Origin: Paraglomus brasilianum | Taxonomy: Eukaryota | Direction: 5' to 3' | DNA: 63,408 nt | NCBI GenBank assembly: GCA_910592345.1 | Contig: CAJVPI010000061.1 | Span: forward strand, 1-63,408 | In this document: positions 50,831 to 63,408 of the stretch, piece by piece | Position numbering within the stretch: the first letter of the stretch is position 1 | Layout: each line of letters begins with the position of its first letter | Position numbers and translations under genes: made by a program | The notes under the pieces: model-generated | Seen by the model: only the letters and a program-made list of their open reading frames with translations | Databases searched by the model: none | What the model was told of the DNA's origin: nothing

Positions 50831-50958
50831 TAACTGTAAGTAATTGACGTGTGTGCGATGACTAATTTTAGTATTGGTATGAGCAGCTATAATAACGGTT
50901 GATCTTACTATGCAAAAGTATCATTAGCAAAAGTGTCCATGTGAATAAATATCCTTTA

Positions 50959-52318
50959 TCAAAAATTATTTGATTTATTGGTACCAATTATCGCTGGGAA
51001 CGCACTACCGATCTTCCTTTCGCCGTTTCTGAAGATATCGTACACTTTTATATTAACTCTAATATCCTCAACGGTGAATTCGGTGTCTTCTCTTCCAAGA
51101 TAGAAAAGAAGTGTGTACAAGGCAAATTCAAATTCAGGAGATGTACCGATAAAGGATGTGGAAAACGGTTTAGGAGCACCCTTGAATGCGAATCTCATTT
51201 TTATCACGTGTTCGTCTCCAGAGGACTACGAAGGCACATAATATCAATCATCAATAAAAGGTGGTTTTTAACACAATCAAAGAGTTCTGCTGGCGATCCA
51301 GCAAATTCCCACCTGTTCAGAGCGACGACTCCCCCTTTCAGGCACAATGCCTTCGTATTTCATCGTTCCATTCTGTTCACAAACGTAGAAATTAATCCAA
51401 TTATGGAAAGCTAAATCGAGATGGTCGCATGTTAGGATCAAGAATGGAGCAAAATTGTTAGAATGCAAGCAGCGCGGTTTACCTTTAGCCTGGTTATGGT
51501 CAATCTCTCCCAAAAATACATGCTCGAAAGCACTCGAATCACCACCTGCGCCGGCTCTTCTGTACATTTCAAACCACACATCGTCCAGCAAACGCGCAAA
51601 CGCTCTCCGATCTGTCGGAACTTTGCCTTTCTGAACAAGATACTAGGGAACACAGATAAGAGTTTAGTCTCCCAAAATTGTGTAACAAAGTTTAAGGAAA
51701 TTTTGGTTTGAATCTATCACTGGCGAGGGTTATTGTTTGGTATCACAAAAACCCATTGGTCAAATCCATTTCGTTTAATACATCTCATTCGTCCTTTCAA
51801 AACCTTTTTGGCAGCAGTTTGATAAATAAAACCTTCAAACATCAATTACCTTGTGGACATAAATCATAGGAACAGTATTCATGACCTCCTTAATGAATGC
51901 AGCATTCTCACGCAACTCGTTAGCGTCGACCTTTTCGGGAATCCCTACTTGCGGAATATAATTATCAAGAAGATTCTTGAAAGTCTTATACGTAGGAAGA
52001 TTAAAGACGCTTTCGTCAACATATTTGAACAGTCTCCGAGACTCGCGTGCTGATAGGTATAATGAGATTAGGTCAAATAATGTAGCAACTAAAACGCAAG
52101 TCATACTGAGAGAAAACTTACAGGTGCCGACATTGATTTTGTACTTTTAGGAAGAAACTCATTAGGCTCAGTAAATCTTTCAATCATGTCAATACTGTCA
52201 AGATACTCACATGTTCTCCAGCCGTCAATCTATTAGTATCTAGTTGCCATAAGCGGCCGAGAGCAAGCTCAATGTTTTGTAGTTCGCCAGAAGTCGGTAC
52301 AGCGGTAGCAGCAGTCAT
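50959..52318 (-). CDS. Uridylate-specific endoribonuclease (EndoU/XendoU family)
   Basis: LWQLDTNRL, PTYKTFKNLLDNY, catalytic SSAFEHVFLGE and FHNWINFY, and KPFSTSFIGTSPEFEFALYT. The model includes a 22-nt microexon at ~52122-52143. Confidence 0.92.
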
Positions 52319-53857
52319 GATTGCTATTGCCTTCGATTCGTTCGCCCCTCATTCTTAGCTCGTATAAATATATGTATAACATTCGATTGGTTTCACATTT
52401 AGATAAACAGTTTCCTTTAATGCCAAGAGGTCTAAGCCATAGTCAATCACTACAATGGATAAGTTCTAATGACGGGGATACATATTTGTTACCATTAATA
52501 GATAGTTTCAATACCACGCTCGCCAACGTTTATACGTACAACCAAATAAAGAACACTTGTTATCCACTTGTGTCACTGCTAAAATGAAATGCAGGAATAT
52601 TCGGCGGCGAAATAGTATGCAGGAGTTTGTGCTGTACGACCAAACGTAGTCTTCAGTTGTTTGGCGTGGCTGATATTCGAGTGGGGCTGACTTTAAGATC
52701 TTAAGTAAACGTTACAAGTGTCCAGATATTTAAGATATTTATTAATTGTTTACTTACGATTGACGGCCAGGTGATTTTTGGGTCACAGTCATTGCGCCAC
52801 AATCATAGCAATTGCTAATTTGGTAGCCAAAAACTTGTCCATTGACGACAGCATTCCGGTTATCGACATTTATGGATACATGTATGTAAACAAAAAAGCT
52901 AATTCAGGGGATATTGAACAATATAACGGAAAAGACGACGTACACGTTTGTTGTGACATACAATACTAGTTAACATCTTTCAATTCCATTGTAGCTTAAT
53001 CGTTCAAAACATAAACTTGTCTCTGTTTACACATATAACACGAAAAAAAGCAATACAATATTTAAGTTATTGTTACCCAATAGATTGTTAGATAATTCGG
53101 CATGGTCCTTGTTATATTGGAATATTCGACATAGATTAAGACGCGTAGGACAGAGAAGCAATGTACATTCCGAGCTTTCACTTGTGGCATAGCATCCAGG
53201 TAATGTTCTCAAAACTTAGCTTTAAACGCGATTTGCTTACATGCTCGTATCATAACCGATCCTAAGTTGGCAATTAATTTGACGCGTTCTTTCGAAGAAT
53301 TTTCTTATCTCTGATAGATTTGCCTCAACTCTGTATTCTGGTGCTTTTTATTTTTGAAGTATTACTCGCTGAAATAAAACCGTGTTTACAAAAAAATCAA
53401 TGCTATCGCATATTCGAACTACGTTATGTTATAATGGATGGTTGTTTAATTATGACAACATTCTAAAGGCCAAACAAAGGCCCGTTCAACCCCTTGGTGG
53501 ATAAATCATTCGCTCCAATTAATTACAAATATGGTGACGCTTGATGATTTACGCTATGGCGTTATGTCATTAAAGTGGCTTGCACCCTTTACATCTATTA
53601 CTGGGAATCTAAATTTTTCCGTCGCACCCCCTTTGGTGTGCAGTATTAGCGTTAGATTGTGAGACCGAACAGTCACTCTCTCTATGCCGTTATTTCTCGG
53701 GGTTGACATTCGAATTATAAGAAAACTTTCACACTTGCCAAAAAATGGTTTGATAGCCAAATCATCGGGGTAATTATAATGTTCACATATTTCCATATTC
53801 AACCAGCAATTAACCGCAGGTGAGCTCGATCGTCTTTATTAACAGTCTTTCTACATC

Positions 53858-56800
53858 TCAACATCCAATCCAATAAGATCTTCCATTTGGGTTATGTATG
53901 ACTGATACATTAACCGGAACGTTTTCATGTATCGTTGAAATACTGCAATCAACAGCCCATTCGTACCAAACTTTCGACTGACTCGTGAGGCGCCAGAAAT
54001 GTGCTTCAATACACGTTTCCCGCGGTAAATGTATTGGTTCCTTTGTCAAAGAAAACAGCAATTGTCAAATTAAAGTCGTCTATACATTAAGTCTTCTAAT
54101 TGATTATAACTTACCTTCAGTGGGAAAAATATTGGAAACCAACTGAACATTCCCGTAGAATGCCTCTCAGGATGTATACTCATTTTAATATCTTTATATA
54201 ACACACAGTCAAAATAGCCGGCGAACCCATGTAATATGCCATTTTCTGCCAAATCAAAGGTAACCTTTGAATATCGCACATTATGATAATTTGTTATCGG
54301 ATTACCTATAAAACACCGAGAACCTATTATCATCACAGGAAGAACAACGTTTATTCTCTTGCCACTTGATTAACTGACCTTGCTCGTCGACAGTCAATAA
54401 TCGGTTAGGATGTTCAAAAGTCCAAACTGACTTTGGTGAAGCAAGTTGAGTACATGCATGAAACATGACGACATATGGCATTTCCCAATCTCTGTGCATG
54501 GCGGCTTCCGCGAATAATTTTGCAGAGGACAAAGGTGCGATAAATGCAGTATACGAGCTAGGTATTGAAATTCCATCGGCTGCAATAGAAAAATAAATTA
54601 GTTATTCGACATCGAATATCTCATGTGTAGAACCAATTTTAAATCTCATGTAGTAGCTTACGCTTTAGAAATTTCTGTGCACCATCTAAGCATTCTGGAG
54701 ATAATTCATTATCACCAAATGAGCCCAAAAGTTCGCTTACAAGAATATCAGCCTCAATTGAAATAATAAACGTAAAAATAAGCATCTCGCGTATTTGCTC
54801 AGTTTCTTAAAAGTTACAGATTAATACGAGACTTATTACCTTTTCAGGAGCATTCCAACGTCGTATGTCTGAGAAAGCTATTGTCACATTATCGTCCCAT
54901 ACTTGTGCCTTCATATTCTGCAAACTTATTGTATTGACCAAACTTTTATCAATACGCAAACCGTCATCTGTCTCTCATACATATTAATTATCAATTACGC
55001 ACGTTACAAACGCATTAGGGTTCTTCTCAACTGCATATACGCGAACTTTTCTGTTTGCTTTTTCGGCAGCTTTAAGACTTCGAGTCACCAGTGGACCTCG
55101 ACCAGCACCAGCTACTACAATCACTCTGAATAAAATGGTTAATGATCGTGTTAACTACTCTTCTTGTGCGCAAGTATGGACGGCACATAATGGGATAAAC
55201 ATACGTGATTTCGTCAGAGTCTGAAGGTACACGGTCAAGTAGTGCACGATGTACAGCCTATACTCGTAAGCAACTTAAAACGTTAATACATTGCTTACTA
55301 TTACTACCTAAAGCAGCATTATGATATATAGTATACCTGTTCATATAGTATGTATTTTACACGGTCTTTTTCAAATGTTTCATAAATCGAATATTCAAGG
55401 TTGTCCATGAGCGGCTAGGCGAGTATAACAATGTTAATGTTGGAAAATTAATGACGAAACACGTGATATTTTCGGATAGTACTGACTTGTAATGGAGATT
55501 GAAGGTAATCCTGATATCCAGTAGCGAATTTTTCCCTTTCGTTTAATTCTGGACCGCTTCGATTCATATATCGTATATATTGCATATATATATCCACGGT
55601 GCTGTCGTTCTCTTCTCGATCAGTTTTGCTGTCGCGTATCACGAAATTTACTCCCAACTAAAAATCACTATTGATGAGCTTGTTGACAATTTAATGGTAG
55701 CGTACTCAACTGTCCAATATTCAAAAACTTTCTACCTTCAAAAAGGAGCGAACAAGACTCTGATGTTTCTTACTCAACACTGGATATCCTTTGGCATTGA
55801 TCAAGAATATATCGGTAGGAATTATAACTGCTCTGACTGGTTCTGCAATCCATCTCTCAAGAACCTTCTCACTTGGCAAGTCAGCGGTGATGTACAAGGC
55901 TGATATATATATGAATTCCTATTAATATTTATATTCCGTACAAAGTCATTTTAGTACTGGAGTACCTCTCACCTATTCCAAGTCTTGTATCATGACTGCA
56001 AAGAGTTCTAAACTTGGTCCATTGTTCCCAACTGCCTGTTTCCTTCTTACGCGGTTCATCACTATCGAGAGTTAATGGCAACTGCATCCATACCTACAAA
56101 GTTAGCTAAATGTTATATAACGTAAATACCTTATTATACACAATATAACTTGCGCTCACCGCAAGTTATGAAAAACAAATAAACAAACCAAGACTAACAC
56201 TTGGATGGCCCGTTCCGTTAATTATCGACCATACAGTTCGCGCATAGTTGCAGAATTCGGACTTGGGAGGATGAATCATAACAGTTCCAATGCCCAGGTA
56301 GATAGCCCAGGCGAATTCTTGTCTCAATGCCTTCAAGTTTTTGTATGCGCGACGTGCAAATAATAAGTAAACAATTATATTCTGATATCCGAATTATGAC
56401 CACAATATTGTACCTACAATTTCTGAATTGGTTCGAATTCGCGAATCAGTCGAGTCCAGATCTATCCACGGAGATGTAAGTCCCACGGCTACTTCCAGGG
56501 ACTCTATATTGGGAGATAGCGATGGTTTAAAAATATGTTTTTTCCCCCATAAATAACATTTAATAGGCGTATGAACATTCGTTTAAATACCAGCACTTTG
56601 CAAACATAATTCTTCTCTTGAAAACGGAATTCCAGCCCTCCACTCTTCCATGTTTCTCAAGAATACTTGCTTCGTCTCTTCGTCCTCTGGTGTAGATTCA
56701 AAAAGGACTCGACTAAAGGACGAACGCGAAACAGGAAGAACTATAAACTCATAACCAATGTTTCGAATGTGAGATATTATGTGATTGACTTTGGGATTCT

Positions 56801-56867
56801 CATTCGCGCCCCAGTAACCAACTGCCACATTCTGTTGAATAGGCGGCGTATCATTAGAGTCTGACAT
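53858..56867 (-). CDS. PRMT5: Protein arginine N-methyltransferase 5 (Skb1/Hsl7/PRMT5)
   Basis: TIM-barrel exons ([15 protein letters not shown]), [62 protein letters not shown] and [12 protein letters not shown]. Confidence 0.96.
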
Positions 56868-57049
56868 TTTGGTTGGAAAAAAGAGCGCTCGAAAAAAACT
56901 CGAGCGATGACACAATTATAAAAGAAATTTTTACAAAATAGCCAAGCCATTGATCAGATTTGCAGATCATTAATTATTATTATTCTTTGCTATTAATTTC
57001 AATGTTTGATTCCTTCCATAAAGATATATAATAAACTAGAGACTACATC

Positions 57050-58313
57050 ATGAGTCAGAAAAGCATAGCGGAGAAAAAACCCGCAGTGGTAAGGATACAA
57101 TTGGTGACTAACGAGTTTTCGACATTACAAAGATTCGCTTCACATACTATGCTACGAACGTAGGAGAAGGAAAAGTCAAAGTACCGCTACTCTTCAGAAA
57201 TACAACAAATGATGTTTGTCTTTGGTGAAGTTGCCGAGCCTTCGCAGGAGACCATCATGCTTGTAGAAGATATCGTTCGAGCGCAAGTAATAGAAATCGT
57301 AGGTTTTCTCGGATATTCGCTGTTTCCCACCCCAATTCCCTATAATCTAACTAACTACATCACGTATGTTTGAATAGATCATTCAAGCAGCAGCCCAGGC
57401 CCAGAAACGTGGTTCGCGATACATGACTTCAGAGGATCTTATTTTTCTAATTCGTCACGATCGCGCTAAAGTAAATCGACTGAGAACTTATTTGAGTTGG
57501 AAAGATGTACGCAAGAATGCAAAGGACACGGCAGGAAATGATGGTGCAGAAGAGATTTTAGAAGAACCAAGCGCAGGTTGGCGGATGAATCTTGTGCTCA
57601 GTCGTAGAACATTGAAATGACCACTAATATTGACATGGTAATCGTTTATCAGCCAAGGCCAGAAAAATGAAAATAAAGCTATCGTGGGAACTTGTTAATT
57701 CCTTCTCGGAATACTTGAATGCTGATTCCGATGAGGAGGGTGATGAAGAAGTTGAAGCATACAACGACTCCATACAGAGACTAAAGGTATATTAATTTCT
57801 GTAACACACATTTTATTGACTACTTGTTAACAGTTCGACTCATCTTGCACATAGGACGCAGATGACATTACACGTGCAATGACACGCGAAGAATACGTTC
57901 ATTATTCAGAGTGTCGTCAGGCCTCCTTCACATATCGCAAAGCCAAACGCTTTCGCGAATGGGCCAATATGTCTACTTATATAGACATGAAACCCAATGA
58001 TGATATTGTCGATATTCTCGGATTTCTTACTTTTGAAATGGTGAGCAAATTGACCGAAACGGCTCTACGGGTGAAAACGGATCTTGACTCTAAAGACAAC
58101 AAGCCAAAAACCAAGAACCTGGGGCGCGCAAAGGCAATGAATAAGATGGATGGTGGAAAGCCAGAATGTTATTTGTTCTCTGCACCCCCATTGGACCAAA
58201 CACCTCTGGAACCGTTTCATATACATGAAGCTTTTAGGAGGTTGCAACGATCCCCACAACCAATTAAGAACTTTCGCGGAGGTCTCGCGAGAACGCGGAT
58301 ATCTTTGATTTGA
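57050..58313 (+). CDS. SPT3: SAGA subunit Spt3
   Basis: [40 protein letters not shown] and [28 protein letters not shown]. Confidence 0.96.
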
Positions 58314-58532
58314 TTTGTATTAATTTAATTGTAATGATATACTGTAAGTAGCCTTGCTATAGATAATTGTACGCGCAGTTAAAAAGTGAATTGAATATCT
58401 ATTGCCTTGATAGTATATCTGGTCTTATTTACGTCCCACATAGCATGACGCCCTTACAATTTAGAAATTATGTTGGGCCCTTCGCAATAAGAACACGTAA
58501 TGAACGTGTAGACTATACGTCACCAATCAAAA

Positions 58533-60002
58533 CTACTGAGATTTTGCTGCTGCTGCTTCACGCTCGCGCTTTCGTAGGGCGCGTTTCCTTACATCAATAT
58601 GGATTTCTTTCATATTGAAGAAAAAACCAGAGTGAGACATTTGCTATCGGAAGATAAACCTGAATCTTGAATCAGAAATTAGACAATACCTAAATTACGA
58701 GCTTCCCACCAGCTCCACGAGAATGCATTGGCAATCAGCCAGTTGGCTAATCCGTGAGAAGGATAAGAAGCAGACGTGTATGGATACTCTGACCCACAAG
58801 GGACTCCAATTTTAGATAAAACAGCTCGAACATATGGCTTTGGATACGGTGTAAGGAAATTCGATCGTCGAATTTTTGACATGCCGGTAACCTAGAAATG
58901 GACTAAAGATCAGATTTGCAATAATTTACAGATGCGAGACACGTAGTGTTGCACTTACAACAAAATAAGTGTTGACATTCTGCACCACTATGCCTTTGGG
59001 TTTGAGTTCAGCACCCAGGGCTTGCGACCATGTGCTCAGAAAAGCTTTTGATCCAGAATAAACAGACAAGTATGGTGAAGGAACATAGCCTGCAAAGGAG
59101 CCGATGTTCAAAATGAGGCCGCGATTCCTTCAGAGGGGGAAGAGAGAAAAATCAAATATTTCTTCAGATTCGTATGAGATATAAAAGACGTACGGCTAGT
59201 TAATAATAGTAAAACGATCCTACTTGGCTGCCATAACATTTACAATCATCTTGGTGATGCGAAGAGTGCCTGCAATATTCACTTCGACAATATTGTTAAT
59301 AAGCTCTTCAGATTCCATAATAAATGGGGTAGGAATTTCATGATTAGTGGCGACATTGTTTATTAAAACTCCAATATCAAGCTGGTTGATGACTTCTTTC
59401 AGATTTTCGTAATCTTGTAAATCCCCCTTAGTAAAGTCCATAGCATATATTTGGGTTTGAACACCATATTTGCCCTCTATAAAGTATAGTTAATTGTCTA
59501 TTTAGTATCGCGCAATTAATCACATAAAAAGTTAATAGATTCGCATGGACTGACCTATCTCGCTTGCCAAGCTTTCGAGCTTAGAACGAGTGCGAGAGAT
59601 AAGAAGGATGTTAAACTTAGCTGCAGCAAGCTGGTACGCGAATTCCTTTCCAATACCGTCAGAAGCGCCGGTGATAACTGATGACAACATTGACTTATGA
59701 TTACCTATTGCCGATTAGCTGGAGAACGACAAAACATTCTTACCGGCCCATGCTCCTTTTCCAGCACCAAATTGTTCCAACTGTATTCAGCAGATAGACA
59801 CATGTTAACTTTTATCTTTATTGCTCAACGTACAGAAACCATTGTAATGACTTACCCTCTTTCCAGATCTAACATAAATGTCGAGTAAAAGGTTCAGAAA
59901 ACTTAGCGTTTTGTTCGCAAGGAACAACGCCCCGACAACAGAGAAGAGACCAACTAGTGCTGTCGCAAGCTTGTTTTCTAATTCAAATAGCGAATGCGGC
60001 AT
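58533..60002 (-). CDS. IFA38: Very-long-chain 3-oxoacyl-CoA reductase (SDR family)
   Basis: N-terminal TM segment, [20 protein letters not shown], catalytic YSGSK and the C-terminus [23 protein letters not shown]. Confidence 0.93.
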
Positions 60003-60360
60003 GTTATCTTCAACGCGCACTTTTTTAGCTTATCCTCAAAAATGTCTTGATTAAAAATTAGATTATTACCGTTAAGAATTACGGCGACCTCGTTTGAGAG
60101 CATTGTGACGATATATAGCTAACGTGGAATAACTTCGTTCTAATAAATAATTTCATCTCAATCGAGTTTATTTTATGCATGTGAACAAAAGATGCAAGAC
60201 TTTTTTGGGGATAACTTTTAAATGCACGTGTCAAAATAGGGATCGCCATCTGACATGCAGAAATACTGGGGTTCCATGATATATTTATTTACTAGAACTA
60301 AAAAAAAAAAAAAAAGGGAAAAAAAAAAAGGAATCTCAAAATTGCGTCGTAATCGTCAGT

Positions 60361-61809
60361 TCATAGAAATGTCGGTTCAGATCCGGTAAGCAATCTATAA
60401 GCCTCTATATATTTCTCCGCAGTTTTTTGTACTATGTCTTCGGGCAGCTCAATGCTAGTCTTCTTGTCGAAATTTATGCTCAACAGGTAATTACGAACAA
60501 ACTGTTTATCAATACTGAATGCAAATAGCCGTTAGCTCCATCAGATAAAGAGGAACGTGGCTAAATAAACGAGTGGAAGAGTACATATATTTAAATAGTT
60601 ACCTATCCTGAGTAGTACCGACTTGATAGTTTGCAGAAAACCAAAATCGAGAGGAATCTGTGGTAATTAGATCGGGATTAGTTGGTATCGATCAGCCAAG
60701 ATTCTTATGATACGTTCCGAAACGAGAATACACATGTACCAGGTGTCAAAACTTCATCGATGAGAATGACATTGCCCTCCTTGTCCTTTCCAAACTCGAA
60801 CTTTGTGTCTGCGATAATGATACCTTTCGTCAATGCGTAATCCGCTGCCTGTAGTATTCCATCAGAGATAAGCCAATCAAACCAATCATTTTCGTTTTAA
60901 ATTCGCGACGTTATGGTACTATACCTTACTATACAACTCAACAGCTGTGTTTGATACTATTTCCGCGTAATTATCACCAATGATCTCTTTGGCTATACGA
61001 AATTTAATTCATCCTTTAACTGCAAGTCGAACAAACAAAATGTCAAAATACACATATACACTTTTACCTCTATCTGGATGGATATTTTCGTCTAACAAAA
61101 TCAAACGAAGGATAAGCTGACATTTTCGGATAAACAAGATGAAAATATGGACGGTTTAATTTACCATGTTGCCCAATTTCTGCTTTGGTGCTCGGGGTAT
61201 ATAGCGGCTCGTCGAACTTCTGGCTCTCCTGAAGTCCATCGGGAAGCTGTATCCCGCAGACTGTTTTCTTCTTTTTATATTCTGCCCACGCGGACCCTGA
61301 AAATGAATGATACAATTGATATCGAACATTTTAATGCATATTCTGTAGACTGATCGATTGAATAATGCGGAAACTCACTAACCAGTAATGTATCCACGTA
61401 CGATAGCTTCAATCGGAAACACTTGCAAGCTGCGAACGAGTAAAGATCTATGCTCTAACTGATCTTTGTATTTTTGTACTTTCTCAGGCATTTGTGAGAA
61501 ATCAGAACAAATCAGGTGGTTCGGGATAACATCTCCCAAGTAATCAAACCAGAATTTACTGATTTGCGTCAAAATCTTGCCCTTTCCAGGGACACCCTAC
61601 AAGACACATACTATCAGCTATGGATATGTCAACTGCCCATTTGTTCGAAAAGAAAAGAATATTCTTACATTTTTCATTATGACATCAAAAGCGCTAAGTC
61701 TGTCAGTAGTAACTAACAAAATTGAAGACTCGTCAACGCGGTAAATGTCTCGAGCTTTACCGCGCGTAACGAGCTCCAAGTCTGGACAGTTTGTGTAAAG
61801 AAGAGTCAT
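60361..61809 (-). CDS. ADE1: SAICAR synthetase (phosphoribosylaminoimidazole-succinocarboxamide synthase)
   Basis: [49 protein letters not shown] and DEVLTPDSSRFW. Confidence 0.97.
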
Positions 61810-62667
61810 GGTTTAGGAAGAGAAAAAAAATTCCAGGGGTTCTTGAATTTTATGGGATAGATATAGATAATCGAATTTAACTATGTCTGTACGTATGACG
61901 TCACATTATTTATGTTAACTACTTATTATGTTCACTAAAAAAAGGAAACGAGAAAGTGAGAAAGGTATTATTGGCGGAAGCTATAAAATTTAATTCTTGG
62001 TATGAGGACATACTCCATATAGTGACCATGGAAGTTGAAACCGAGCATGTCGCCCACTTGTAATAATAAAGCACCAGAGTGATTGATTGTATAGGAGGAA
62101 ATACTCGGTCTCAAAGCCATTTACGAGTATAACATATTCTTTGCGCAAATTTAAAATTTCATTATCTTCCTCATTATTACCATTATTAATAATATTATCA
62201 CTATTATCAACTTTTTAATTTTACATTTTTCTTCTTATCTTCGTCAGTCCAACATTGAATTGCCTTCCTTGGTTTGTTCTTCGAAGATAGAAAAAAATTT
62301 TATCGTAATAGCAACAACAGCCTTTCCTTTGCCAAGTAATTTCTATAAATAAAAATTTTGGATCCAGTTTCCACAACGTGATATCTGGCGAATAAATTTT
62401 GCTTGCCGCTGACAGTTTTGTTATTAACTGTAACATCGGTGTCCCAGTGTTATGAAGTTGGCTATTACAAATTATGCAATTTAGCAATAAATCAAGAAGG
62501 AAGCCTATTAATGCTCCAAAAAAGAATTTGCTTGTAGATGTAAGCGTTTTTTTTGTAGAGTTTATTGGTGGAAATTGACAGATTTATTACTTTAAAAATG
62601 TATTGTTTTAACGATATTTATTGTGTTGGGTTCCTATCACTATATTAATATTAGTGTTGGATTGTGC

Positions 62668-62794
62668 ACTCTGTGTTTAATCTTTTAGCAAAAATGATGT
62701 GGGAGCAGACCAAAGCTAAAATAACTATTCTTTTTCCTGATTAAAAAGAACATGGCAAAATAAAGGGCATTCTTTTGAGCAAACCATTGGATGA
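62668..62794. repeat. Dispersed ~125-bp element, copy 2
   Basis: Colinear, high similarity to 36996-37121. Confidence 0.85.
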
Positions 62795-63408
62795 TGCTGA
62801 GGGAGAAGATAGGAGTCAGGTTGTATTGATTTACGAAATTTGTAACAATTTTTGACATTGTGTTTATGGGATGGTTGTGCGGATTATAACTATGGAAATT
62901 ATTTTTTCAATTCGAAAAATAATTAATTCTTGGCCGTGTTAATTTTTTTATTCGATGTTACATGTGACTATTGTAAATAGCCGATGTTATTTACTACGGA
63001 ATTGTTTGATTGGTCAAAAATTCACTCCCATGTATTTTGCGAGTTGGTGAAACTGAGTATTCTGCGGCGCTTTTGTGTAAATAGCGATTAACGTCTGGGA
63101 GGGAAATTGAATACTAGAGTGATGAATTCGAACAGTGATATAAAATTTATTATATAAACGACCTTTCTCCCAGACGGAAAAAAGTAAGTTTGGCTGCTGA
63201 GGATAAAACCAAAGCGGAACGCTTCCCTGGGGTGGTTTCATCTCTTGTAATAATAAAATATTAATATCCGTTATTGATTATTGGAAATGGTTTATTATTT
63301 TGTTCTCTACCCTAGCGACTAATAGGGCATGATGTTACGGAAATAATTATTTCGTTATAAAATCATGGCGACTAATAAGCAGGGCATGAGAAGTATTCGG
63401 CTATTATA

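Noticed and set aside
17661..61809. Two purine-metabolism genes (XPT1 and ADE1) in one window
   Set aside because: They are about 42 kb apart with unrelated genes between them, so there is no sign of a cluster.

Overview
This is AT-rich eukaryotic genomic DNA with short spliceosomal introns. Gene content and transposon types suggest an early-diverging fungus (Mucoromycota, possibly Glomeromycotina); this is inference only. The first ~6.7 kb is a cluster of transposons: the 5' part of a LINE, a frameshifted hAT element and a decayed Sola-like transposase. The rest holds multi-exon genes: a BRD7/9-like bromodomain protein with a GATA finger, a small putative mitochondrial protein, XPT1/HPT1, URB2, a two-TM membrane protein, NUG1, SUB1/PC4, ERV25, a G-protein gamma subunit absent from the ORF track, NudC, EndoU, PRMT5, SPT3, IFA38 and ADE1. 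Between them lie MITE and Tc1 relics. I found no rRNA, tRNA or CRISPR array. The most interesting observations are: (1) two RanBP2-zinc-finger RNA-binding proteins whose hidden first exons look like mitochondrial presequences; (2) an ENaC/DEG-like two-TM protein whose model needs a 10-nt microexon; (3) the BRD7/9-GATA fusion; (4) two tiny secreted-peptide candidates; (5) a ~125-bp element present twice, 25.7 kb apart. All gene models were assembled by eye from splice sites and reading-frame phase.
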